A DNA stretch of 64,000 nucleotides from the human T2T-CHM13v2.0 reference genome, Homo sapiens: assembly GCF_009914755.1 (NCBI RefSeq), contig NC_060925.1; one strand, 5' to 3'. Under the pieces are notes generated by a model. That model saw only the letters and a list, made by a program, of their open reading frames with translations. It made no database searches and was not told where the DNA came from. Each line of letters begins with the position of its first letter. The first letter of the stretch is position 1. Positions 51,173 to 64,000 of this stretch are shown here, in pieces. A program made the translations under genes and the position numbers.

Positions 51173-54035
51173 TCCAACCTTGAGTGGATGAGACTAGTTT
51201 CATTATTTGATTCAGGGCCCTAGCACAGGGGAACTAGAGACAGACCCCACAGAAGAACTGAACTAAGAATGAAACTGGTGTGTGATGCAAGCTGGGTAGG
51301 ATGAAGGGGAAAACCAAACATCTGTCCAAGTTCCTCTTTCAGCCATGCTGAGGTTTCCTGTAGCCTCCCCCTCTCCTTCCTCAAACCTCTTCCATCACTA
51401 AGCAAGTCCCCACTTTAGAAAAGCATCTGGATGCCCACGCCACCACCCTCCCAGCCACCTCTGAAGTTGCCAGGCTTCCCAACATTCTTGTCTGTGGTAG
51501 GTCCCACACAACTCACTGTTCACTCTTTCCTTGGAAGTGTGTGAGATGAGGTTTAGTAACGGTGAGGTCCCCAGAAGAGCTATGAAGGGAATAATTTGAT
51601 TTTGGGAAAGAAGGGGACAGAGTCTCATGAATCAAGTAAATGAGGGGTTAAAAGCCACATTGAAGTGTGCCTTGCTAGCTGCTTGATCCTCCAAGAGCAG
51701 CGGGGCTTCACTAGAGGTAAGGGGAGGAGGGGGAGGAAACGGGGCCAAGTTACATGTAGACCTGGCCATGACGCTGCCCCGATGTTATAGGAAGATGGGA
51801 TAGGAGGAAGAGGGGGAAAAACCTGTGGGAGAAACAGATTCTTCAGTCCGCATTCTTCTGCTCTAACGTCACTCCTACAACCCATGTAAGCAAAATGGGG
51901 GCCTCTGTCCCCTTTCCAGAAATCATCTCTTTCCTTCACAGCTCTTCTCTGGACCTTATCACTGCTGTTAAACCATCCCTAGGGCAGAGGAATTCTTGCT
52001 CTCTCTAGTCCCTTGCCACTCTGTCATGGAGATTGTCCCCAGCTCTAGACAGTAGTTACCTAGCCTCTTCCTTGAAGAATGTGTATCCCAGTTGAGTGAG
52101 GGAAAGTGTGCAAGAGTGCCACCTTCATGTCATTCTATGGTCTCTTGGGGTATGAGGTGAGAACCCAGGCTTCCAGACTTCCTGTCCTTCAAATAGCTGC
52201 ACTCTCCACAGCCCTAAGCATGGTCAGCAGAGCCATCCATTGTCACAAGTATTGAAGTCTAAGGTAGAATTATGCTTTCTTTTTACAAGTCTCTATCTTT
52301 GTATTTTACCAGCATTTTTCCTTTTCTTTTTTTCTTCCTTGTTGCTCCCACATAATGAAAAAAGACAAAAGCACAAATGACATGTGTATCCCAACATGTC
52401 AATTATCTGTGGCTCCCAGGGGAGCCAGAAGATGGAGGGAGACACTAGAGAGGAGAATGACAGGTGAAAGAAGCAGAAAAGAAAGATCGGGGACCTCACA
52501 ACAGTAAGAGAGGAGCTGGGCACTGTGCTCCTGGGCTTCAGGCTCTAAAACCAACAGCTTCCAGTTCTCCAGCAGTTACTGGAACATCCAGGCCCTAGGG
52601 TGGTGAAATGAGCCCAGCTTTGAAACCAGATGGATCTGGATTCAAATTCTAACTCTGTTACTTCTTGATTATGAGGCTCTGGGCAAGGCACATGCTTTCC
52701 GAGTATCACTTTTTTTCATCTGCAAGCTGCAGAGCTATTGGATGGGTGAGGACAATATGGAAAATGCCTGTCAGTCAGAAAGTGACCACTGCAGCTACTG
52801 TTACTGGTTTGACTCTGGGCAGTGAGCCGCTAGCTCAGTTGGAAGGAGCACTGTGTGAATGAGGCCACCGGGGTGGGGTCACTGTCACTTAGCTAGATCC
52901 AGGCCACAGGCTGTGCTGGACCTCTCTCTTCAGAGGAGAGAGCCAGAAGGGATGAAAGCATGGTCCCTGGTCTTCAAGAACTTTAGAGCTTAGCATGGAA
53001 CCAGGCTTCCCACTAGAAAAATCGCTTAAGGTGCACCCTTGTGGTAGGCTGCTGGCATGAGTTCTGTTGAAGCATTTGTATTGAACCTGGGCACTGTGAC
53101 AGGAGGATGGGAAGGTGCTTACGTTCATTTCCCTTCCTCCCAGTGCTTCTCCTCCCTCACTTCATCATTTTAGCCCCTCTGCCTGCAATATTTCCCTTCC
53201 GTGCCCCCGGTAACTGTGATGCATGGCAAATGGGCTGGCTCAGTAGCTGTGTGGGGCAACTTTCTCAGCACACAGCTGCCCCCAGACACTTTCAGGGTGC
53301 ACTTATTCTCCCTCCCTTTCCACTCCCAACCGCTCTGCTCCCTTCTTTTCTTACACAGATGAAGCAAAGGGAAGTGCCCTCCGGAGGCCCTAGGATGGGG
53401 AGACGGGGTAAGGGGTGGAACCCAGGACACAGAGTTGAGAGGGGGTGAGGGGTAGAGGCAGGTAAAGAACGAAATCTTAATTCTCATTTCAGTGACACTT
53501 TCCTCAACTTTTCCTGTCCTTCCCCATCAGGTTGTTAGCCAGGGGCCTGAGGAGGGATAAAGGAACTGCAGTCCCGGCTCCCTCCATTAGGAAGAATGTC
53601 TGGGGTGTTGGCCTGGAACGCTGATGAGTTGATTTCCTTCTATCTCCACAGCATAGGTTTACCAGGGAGAAAAGAAAGGTGCAAATTTCTCTAACTCCTG
53701 CCCTGGTCCTCACATACTATGCGGTTCTGAGCCTAGAGCTCTGTCCCTGGGGAAACAGCTCTCGCCTCCTTCCCCAGCTGCTCTCCCAACCCCTCTGCCA
53801 GTAATAAATTTGCCTCATTCTCCCAGGAAATGAGTCTCTAAGAATCTCTCTTCTATCTAAACCTCACAGGCAAGCAGTCCCAGCCCACTTCTGCAACCCT
53901 CAAGCTCAGCTACTGCCCCCACCCCCCACTTCGTCACTCCCTTCTCTACGCTGGGTTCCTTTCTCTTTCTGCTTTCTTACTACCTCCCTGTCTCCCAACA
54001 GGAGCAGCCAATCCCCAGCCTGCTCTAGAGCCACG

Positions 54036-54045
54036 CCATATATGG
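54036..54045. promoter_or_regulatory. Palindromic CArG box CCATATATGG (SRF motif)
   Basis: Exact CC(A/T)6GG in unique sequence; CCAAT at 54008-54012; function unproven. Confidence 0.45.
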
Positions 54046-55369
54046 AGAGGTTGGAAAGAAACCCGAGTAAATGCAGGAGCGAACACACACACACACTCAT
54101 ACTCATGCACATACTCATGCACACACAGCAGAGTTTGACCGCCTTTCTGCATGTGACCCTGTGTCTATTTGTCTCTGTGTGACACAAGTCCCACCCACAG
54201 AATGAGGAGGCTGTTTGCTATTCCCCACCTTTAGTCGTGCCCCAGGAGACCATCACTCCAACCCGTTGCCTCTGACCTAGATTCCTTGCACTAATTACAA
54301 GCCTAACAAGAGCTAACAAACACCCCACTTAGAACAGCTGAGACCCTCGAGGTCAATTAGTGCAGCCCAGCTCTGCTCAGGAAATGAGAGATAGAGCCAG
54401 AAAGTCTTGTACATGGCCCACCCCAACCTCACCCCAACCCTGGGGTTGGAAGCAAGGATGGGGAGAATGCAAAAATTAGCAGGACCAGTTTAAAAACGGG
54501 GTTTTGGAGGGTTAAAAAGTGTGGAGAACACACTTGTTAAGTGCATTAAGGTTGGGGAGCAATTGGAGAATACAGATTCCCAACTCCTCCTGAACTATCA
54601 GAAGTGTAGAGGCTGGTGCAGCTACAGAAACCATGGACATAAGGCGGCTTTCATAAGGACTTAATATGAGGAAAAGTAACTCATAGAAAGGCAAGTAGCA
54701 CTAGAACTCTTGACCTTTGTCATGGTCTCCGACACCAAATCCCTTCTCCTCTTTGCTTCCTGCTGTGAACAAGTTGGGGTTATCACCCCTGTCCTTCCTG
54801 CTGGTTTGGGATGGCTCAGAAATCACCCCTTTCTTTCAGAAATAGTAGGCTCATGTCCGTTCTTTCTTTCCCTTCCTCCAGATATTAAAGCCATGACAGC
54901 AAACAGCCCCTTTCTCCTAAGGTTCCTGATTTGAAGTGGCAAAACAAGGCAGTGGCATAGTCTCCTGTCCTATGTCCTTGGCATGCAGGTCAGTTGTCCT
55001 AATACCATCCCTAATGTTTTTGGCTCTATCAAGTGGGGGAGGCAGGGAAGAGAACACTAGTGGAATACTCTGTGCACAAATAGGGAAGTGGACTCAAAAA
55101 CACAATGTTCCTCTTGCCCCAGCCTCCACCCAGCTCTGGCTGCAGAGGGCCGCACTCCGCTTGTACCGCAATTCATGCACAGTCCAGACTTATACAGCAG
55201 CCGGCAACCCTAAGGGCAGGATGATTCCGAGACACACCAAATCTGTATGTTGATGTGTTGTCCCAAATTTATTTCTCCAGCCTAAATTTCCCTCTCTGGC
55301 ACTTAGAGCTAAGTGTCAACTTGACATCTTTACCTGGGTATCTAACATGCATCTTAAATGTACTATAAA

Positions 55370-55838
55370 TGTAATAAATGACTAAATAATGATCCTCAGT
55401 GAACCAGCCCCACTCCAGGCTCCTTTGCAATATGAGTTTGCTGTTCCTCCCTTTTGAGAGGTATTGCTTTCTCTCCAACTGCTGCTTGAATCTGGGTTTG
55501 CCAGTGACTTGTTTTGCCCAATAGAACAAAGAACATGTGCTGTGTACGTTCCAGCGCCTAGGCCTTAAAGGGCCTTGTAGTTTCCACTCCTTTACTCTCT
55601 TAAAATTCAGGTGCTTCTAAGAAGCCTGGGCGAGCATCCTTGCTATGAGACCATGAAACCACATGGCTCTGTCCCAGCATCCAAGCCTCCAGTCAGACAC
55701 AGCTGGAGCAGCACACAAGCAAGACCAGAGACCAGCCGCTCGGCCAGCCCCCAGAAGTGTGAGAAACTAACAAACCATTGCTGTCTTAAGTCACTAGGTT
55801 TTGGGGTGGTTTGTTACTCAGCAATAGATACTAAAACA
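55370..55838 (+). mobile_element. MLT1 (ERVL-MaLR) LTR
   Basis: Typical 3' end ttaag.cacta.gttttggggtggtttgttac.cagcaatagata.ctaaaaca. Confidence 0.85.
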
Positions 55839-56245
55839 AAGATTGTTTCTTGGAAGTGGGATGCTGCCCTAACTAAAACCTGAAACAAGTGGCATTGATC
55901 TTGGGACCCAGCAGCAGACAGCCTAGAAGGGCAGCAAGGAGACTTACAGAGTCTGGATGAGCAGGGAGAAAACTGCTCTCAGAGACGGGAGAAAGACCAC
56001 CCGTGTTATATGGCGGTGGAATCATTCACAAAACTGTCACCTGTGGTATCTTGGGAGCTAGAAAATATACCTAATAAATTTGTTGGAGGTAGCTAAAGAG
56101 ACTTCCAGGCAGAATGTTAAAAGTAGCAACAGGCTTTTCTTAGCTGTGATTGGTAAGGTATTGCAGGAAAGAGGAACTAAAAAAGAAACTTTTCAGTTTG
56201 CAAGCAGAATTTGACAGAAAAATAAGAGACCAGAACAGTCTCCAG
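55839..56245 (+). mobile_element. MLT1 internal fragment
   Basis: Starts ..ggaagtgggatgctgcc..ctaaaacct directly after the LTR, typical MaLR-int 5' end. Confidence 0.7.
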
Positions 56246-56910
56246 CAAGAAAAACTTTCACCGTTGGTAATTTAGGAGAATGTGCTGATGGCAGGGACCA
56301 CCTGGTCAGTGAAACAATTCAGGCTTTTGAAAAGTACAGAGATAAATTGTACCCCATAAGGATGGGCAATAACAGTGTGTCCATTTTTAACATTAAAATT
56401 AAAACACACCAAAAATGCACAGGAGAACAAAGCACACAATGACAAAGGAATTGGCTGTTACTCAGCTGCACTGGTATCGTACAGAAAGATAAGGAAAGGC
56501 ACTTAGCAAACAACTGAAACTAAGTGTGAGGGCCAGGGGCTTCTTTGGTAGCAAAGAGATCGCCTGCAACAGAAGAGCCATAAAAGATAGACAGAACTCA
56601 GAAATTGATAGCAACCAGGAGCTTCAAAAACTAACACCCCGCTGAGGCTGAGGCAGGTGGCTAGAACCCTCAGCCAAGGTAGATCTGCCCCATCAAGATC
56701 AAGGCCGTGGCTGAGAATACCTGGGCTGGGATTCCAACACGCAGAATGGGGACATCTGGTACCTTGGATGGTGGAGATCCCTGAAGATTTTGGTTCCCAG
56801 ATTCCTCTGACCCCACATACCCTGCTAAGAGGACCCACCCCTCTCTATTAAGAGCTAGCACCACCTGCTGCCCAGGAAAGGCAATGCAGAGATCTCTCCC
56901 TGAAACATAA

Positions 56911-57405
<495 letters not shown>

Positions 57406-57945
57406 TGAGAATATCAGAATAGAAACCTGGATAAGAAAGTTTATTAATTTAGGGGCACTTTCTTGGGATACAGGATTTACACTCCAGCAAGGACCCCACG
57501 AAATAGTTCAGATATATGAATATTATTGTGCTCCTACAAGCCTTGAAAAAGTAATGACCCACGCAGCCCAGTTGAAATGCTTGAATTTCAATGCTTCCTC
57601 CACATCAGCAGTGGAGGAAGAAATTTAAAAGTTTAGGAAAGTAGACATGTTGGAATGTATTATTTGAGGTCTAAAGACTCACCGTGGGATTATGTTCCAT
57701 GGAAGACACACATCCTTTACCACAGCATTGGTGAGGGGGGCACCAGCATCAATAAACAAAATGGGAGCTAGACAGACAGTGGGCCAGGGATGAAGGTAGG
57801 AGAGGTCATAACAAAGCTGGGATTATTGATAGCAATGGAAATAACCGACCCCCTCCCCAATGCCAAGCAATAAAGGCCAGGTGGCAACAATAGAAGCCAG
57901 GAGGTCACAGTTCTCTCAATGACCAGCAAAGTCAAAGAGCCAGTC

Positions 57946-58550
57946 AAGACCAGGTACGGTTCATGCCTGTAATCCTGGTGCAAGGTGGGAGGATCACCTG
58001 AGGCCAGGGATTTGTGACCAACCTGGGCAACATAGTAAGACCTGTCTCTACAAAAAAAAAATTAAAAATTAGCCAGGCACGGCCAGGCGCGGTGGCTCAC
58101 GCCTATAAATCCCAGCACTTTGGGAGGCCGAGGCGGGCGGATCACGAGGTCAGGAGATCGAGACCATCCTGGCTAACATGGTGAAACCCCGTCTCTACTA
58201 AAAATACAAAAAATAATTAGCTGGGCGTGGTGGTGGGCGCCTGTAGCCCCAGCTACTCGGGAGGCTGAGGCAGGAGAATGGTGTGACCCGGGAGGCAGAG
58301 CTTGCAGTGAGCTGAGATCGCGCCACTGCACTCCAGCTTGGGCGACAGAGCAAAACTCCATCTCAAAAAAAAAAAAAAATTAGCCAGGCATAGTTGCATG
58401 TGCCTGTAGCTCCAGCTACTTGGGAGGCTGAGGTGGGAGGATCCCTTGAGCCCAGGGGTTGGAGGCTGCAGTGAGCCTCCTAGGCTGGTGCCATTGCACT
58501 CCATCCTTGTGACAGAGTGAGACCTTGTCTCAATCAATCAATCAATAAAA
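57946..58550 (+). mobile_element. AluJ-like split by an AluY-like copy (58081-~58378)
   Basis: Inner TSD aaaaattagccaggca; outer TSD agccagtcaa. Confidence 0.9.
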
Positions 58551-58682
58551 AAGCCAGTCAAGGGGAAATTAAGTTGATTAATAGAACATGATACCCCTAG
58601 GGATAAAATTAACAGCCAACAAGGGCAAATCAAACAAATGCAAGAATAGGCTGAGCACAGTTGCCCCCATAAAAAGTCTTGA

Positions 58683-59489
<807 letters not shown>

Positions 59490-61260
59490 TAAAATATATG
59501 TTTTAAGAATACTAAAAAAAAAAGTCATGATTCCTTCTCATTTCCTAGACCTGAGACATTTTTCAGACCTGAAATCTATTGAATGGGAAAATGTGACAGA
59601 GTCCCCGAGAGGAAGGTCCCTGCAACATCACAGCAAGTGTGCACTGTAATAATTCCACCAGTCCTGGGTGACTGTCACCTGGGAGAGGAGGAATATCCAC
59701 TAGACACAGGGCCTGAAATGACACTGATATTCAAAGACCTGAAATGTCATTATGGCCCCTGTTACAATGATGGGCTATAGGTCAGGTAAAATGGGGATTC
59801 TGGCTGATGTCCAGCTTCAAGTGGGTCCACCGGGGCCGTGGCTCCACCTGGTGGTCATTGCCCCAGTCCCTGAGTGTATAACTGGGATTGGTATATTCAG
59901 CAGTTGGGGAAGCCCCGATGTGGGGCCCCTGCTTTATGATATAAGAGCTATCATGTGGGGAAGGTCAGTGGAAGCCTCTGAAATTGTGTCCGTCCCCCTT
60001 CACCCAGCCAAGATAGCAAATACAAAATAATATCTCATTCCAGAGGGAAGATAGAGATCATTGCCACCCTTAAGTACCTCAAGGATGCAAGGATTGTGGT
60101 CTGTGTCATACCTCTGTTTAATTCACCAGCCTGGCCCCTGCAGAAAACACATGGATCCTGGGAAATAACCATAGACGATTCCTAGCTCAGCTCAAGCCCC
60201 GAGTGATCATGCAGGGTGTGGTGTCATTGCTAGATTATATAAATATGGCTTCAAGTACATGACATTTGGCCATTGATTTGGCAAATGCATTCTTCTTTAT
60301 CTCGATCAAGAAAGAGAATCAGAAACAGCATTCACATGGACTGGATGACAATATTCATTTAGATTCCCCCGGCCCCCAGGGTTGTTGTTAACTCTCCCAA
60401 TCTATGTCATGATACATTCAGAAAAGATCTAGATCATCTGGACTTCCCACAGAATATCACAATGCTCCATTCATCAATGACATTAGGCTAATTTGGGAGA
60501 ATAGCAAGAGGTGGCTGACACCTGAAAGCCTCGGGAAGACACATGCACTCTAGAAAATGAGACATAAACTCTCTGAAGATTCCAGGGCTTGCCCCTCCCA
60601 TAAAGTTTTTTGGAATCCAGTGGTAAAGGGTGTACTAGGACGTTGCCTCTGAAACAAAAGACAAAATGCTGCGTCTTGCATGCACAAAGAAGGAACTAAA
60701 ATGCCTGGAGGGTTCTGGCAGCAAGCATATTCCATGCCTGGGAATAGTGCTCCAGCCTGTATTCTAGAGGGTGCAGCTTTGTGTGGGCCTGGGGCAGGGA
60801 TATAGAGCCTGATCAACAAAAGGAGCTAGAACTGCTCTTGGACAATAAGGCAGGAATATGTGTGAAACTCAGGTCAGCCACTTGAGCACCTCTTGATGAT
60901 ACCTTTCATGCCCAATGGTGACCTGAATGGCAAGTGCAGCCCAGCCTGTGAAGGGTGACGTGATCAGGGACTCAGAGCCTCTCAGGAATCAGGGTTGTGC
61001 TACGCCACCTGGTAGGCTATCGAGACCAGCAGAAATGACAGTGGTGTCATCTGTAGCAGAGAGGGAGAGTGGAATTTAGAATGGATAATGGAGGAGGGAA
61101 ATGATGTTACCTATTGCAAGACCAACTGCAGCAACAGCCTGTGGTTAACCCACTGACCTCCCTTAACTAAGTCCCTTCAAGAAAAGAGCCCATTGAAACC
61201 CCGGAAGAGCTACCCCTCAATGTGTGTGGAAAGTAGATCCACATGGTACAAAAGGAAGAC

Positions 61261-61657
61261 TGTGGTAGCCATGAAGGTGCCCCACTTGGATTTGTCTTCA
61301 AGAAAGAACTTGCTGCTCAGCTGCAAGGAGGACAGTTAGCTGTCAGCCTCCAGCTGTTAGTGCTGAGGGATCTGTCTCAGTTTTCCAGCCAAGGCACACT
61401 GCTCTCAGCAGGCTCTGGCCAGTGACTGAGCAGAGTGGAGGGGTTCTTAGGGCCTGGACATTTCTGCCCTATGCGAACCCCTCTAATGAAACACCTTTGC
61501 TCTGGAGTTCCCCAATATGTTGCCCAAGATTCTATCTGCATTTCAGTCTGAGGCTCTCCTTGTTGAACCCTGCTTCCTGTCCCCTCTCATAGGTACTCCC
61601 TCTTAGGCCTCTTACACTCCTCATTCAGTATCTGCTTCCCAGAGGAGGCAGCTGACA
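61261..61657 (+). mobile_element. LTR16A-like 3' LTR
   Basis: tgtggtagccatgaaggtg...aagaaagaacttgctgctcagctgc...cagcctccagctgttag...tctgcttcccagagga..ctgaca; TG...CA termini. Confidence 0.85.
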
Positions 61658-61797
61658 AACCTTTCTTCCTCTTGTCTTCCCCATCCCCAACATCTAATCC
61701 ATCAGCAAGTCTTTTTGGTTCTACCTTAAAGCATAGCTGGAATATGACCATTTCTCCATCTCTCCTCTGCCAGCTCCTTCCCTACATGGTCTAGTGA

Positions 61798-62225
<428 letters not shown>

Positions 62226-62296
62226 CTGGAGTGTCTTCTTAAAGCAGTTCATGTCACTTGACTACTTAAAACCACCCTAATTTCATGTCACTCTTA

Positions 62297-62818
<522 letters not shown>

Positions 62819-63225
62819 TCAGTTCTTATGAGCCTTCTCTGGCTGCTCTGTCTTGAGAGGCACCCCTTCCAACAGAATTGTTACCTTATCATTCTGCTTC
62901 CATCACAACAATGACCACAGTCTAATTATTCTCCTCAGTTGCCTCTTTATTTTCTCTCTCCCTGGGTAGAATAGAAGCCCGCACAGGGTGGGGCCCTGAC
63001 TTATCTCCCCAACACCTAAACTCAATCTTTATTTGTGTAATGAATGATTGAAGAAAGCCTTACCTAACACATGTACATCTCCACCACATTATCCCCACCA
63101 TTTAGTTCCATTGTAATAAAAGTAATACCTTTTGATGGTCCTTTACAGTTTTAGATAGCATGTTCTTGTTTGCCATCAATAGCTCTCTCACACACACACT
63201 ATTTAATTTTTGATCTTCATAATTA

Positions 63226-63593
<368 letters not shown>

Positions 63594-63669
63594 TGAAATC
63601 GAGAGAAGTAACCAAGGTAGAAAGTGTCAAAAAGTGTCAAAATCAAAATCTAAAAGCAGGCTTTGGGAA

Positions 63670-64000
63670 ATGCAGTGATGTCTGACCCCAACTGCCTGGA
63701 TTCAGGCCAGACTTCACAGGGTAAGGAACAGTCCTCCACTTCAGGCCACTCTCACTTCAGACACCAGTAGCCAGTTCAGGGGTTGGTTCCACTACCCCTG
63801 CAGGTTTGATAATTTGCTACAATGACTCACAGAACTCAGGAAAGCACTATACTTATGATAAGTTAAACTTTTATTGCAGCAAAAGGGTACAAATCAGAAC
63901 CAGCCAAGAGAAGAGATACAGAGGGCAAAGTCTGGGAAGAGCTACACGGGAAGCTTTGGGCACCTTCTCCTGTGGAGTTCCAGACATCACTGCCCCTCCC
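63670..64000 (-). mobile_element. MER21-family LTR (runs off window end)
   Basis: caggtttgataatttgcta.aatgactcacagaactcaggaaagcacta motif homologous to 3415-3460. Confidence 0.7.

Noticed and set aside
59583-60500. Protease/RT ORFs as a functional or domesticated gene
   Set aside because: Multiple stops and frameshifts, degraded YxDD region, large deletions

Overview
Primate (very likely human, 1q21 region from recalled gene order) genomic DNA with two tandem + strand genes. (1) The 3' end of VPS45: penultimate coding exon 1115-1246, a ~34 kb Alu-dense last intron, last coding exon 35382-35469 and poly(A) signal 35976-35981. (2) The complete PLEKHO1 (CKIP-1) gene: CpG-island promoter at ~40.2-41.7 kb and six coding exons joining to 409 aa, all introns phase 0. 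The rest is interspersed repeat: ~50 Alu copies/fragments by my count, L1/L2/MIR remnants, MER20, MER21-type LTRs, and a decayed class III ERV block (MLT1 LTR + internal piece joined to HERV16-like gag/pro/RT and an LTR16A-like LTR) at 55.4-61.7 kb. Most ORFs in the supplied track are Alu- or GC-derived noise. I see no wholly new gene system. The best leads are splicing-level: a recursive-splice site / 3-nt microexon in the long VPS45 intron, a reconstituted donor at PLEKHO1 exon 3, VPS45-PLEKHO1 read-through, and PLEKHO1 uORFs. Retrotransposition oddities are the other group: a collapsed Alu beside an inverted partner, an Alu with a 3' tag and AATAAA, and a twin-primed L1. Repeat boundaries and subfamily names are by-eye approximations.
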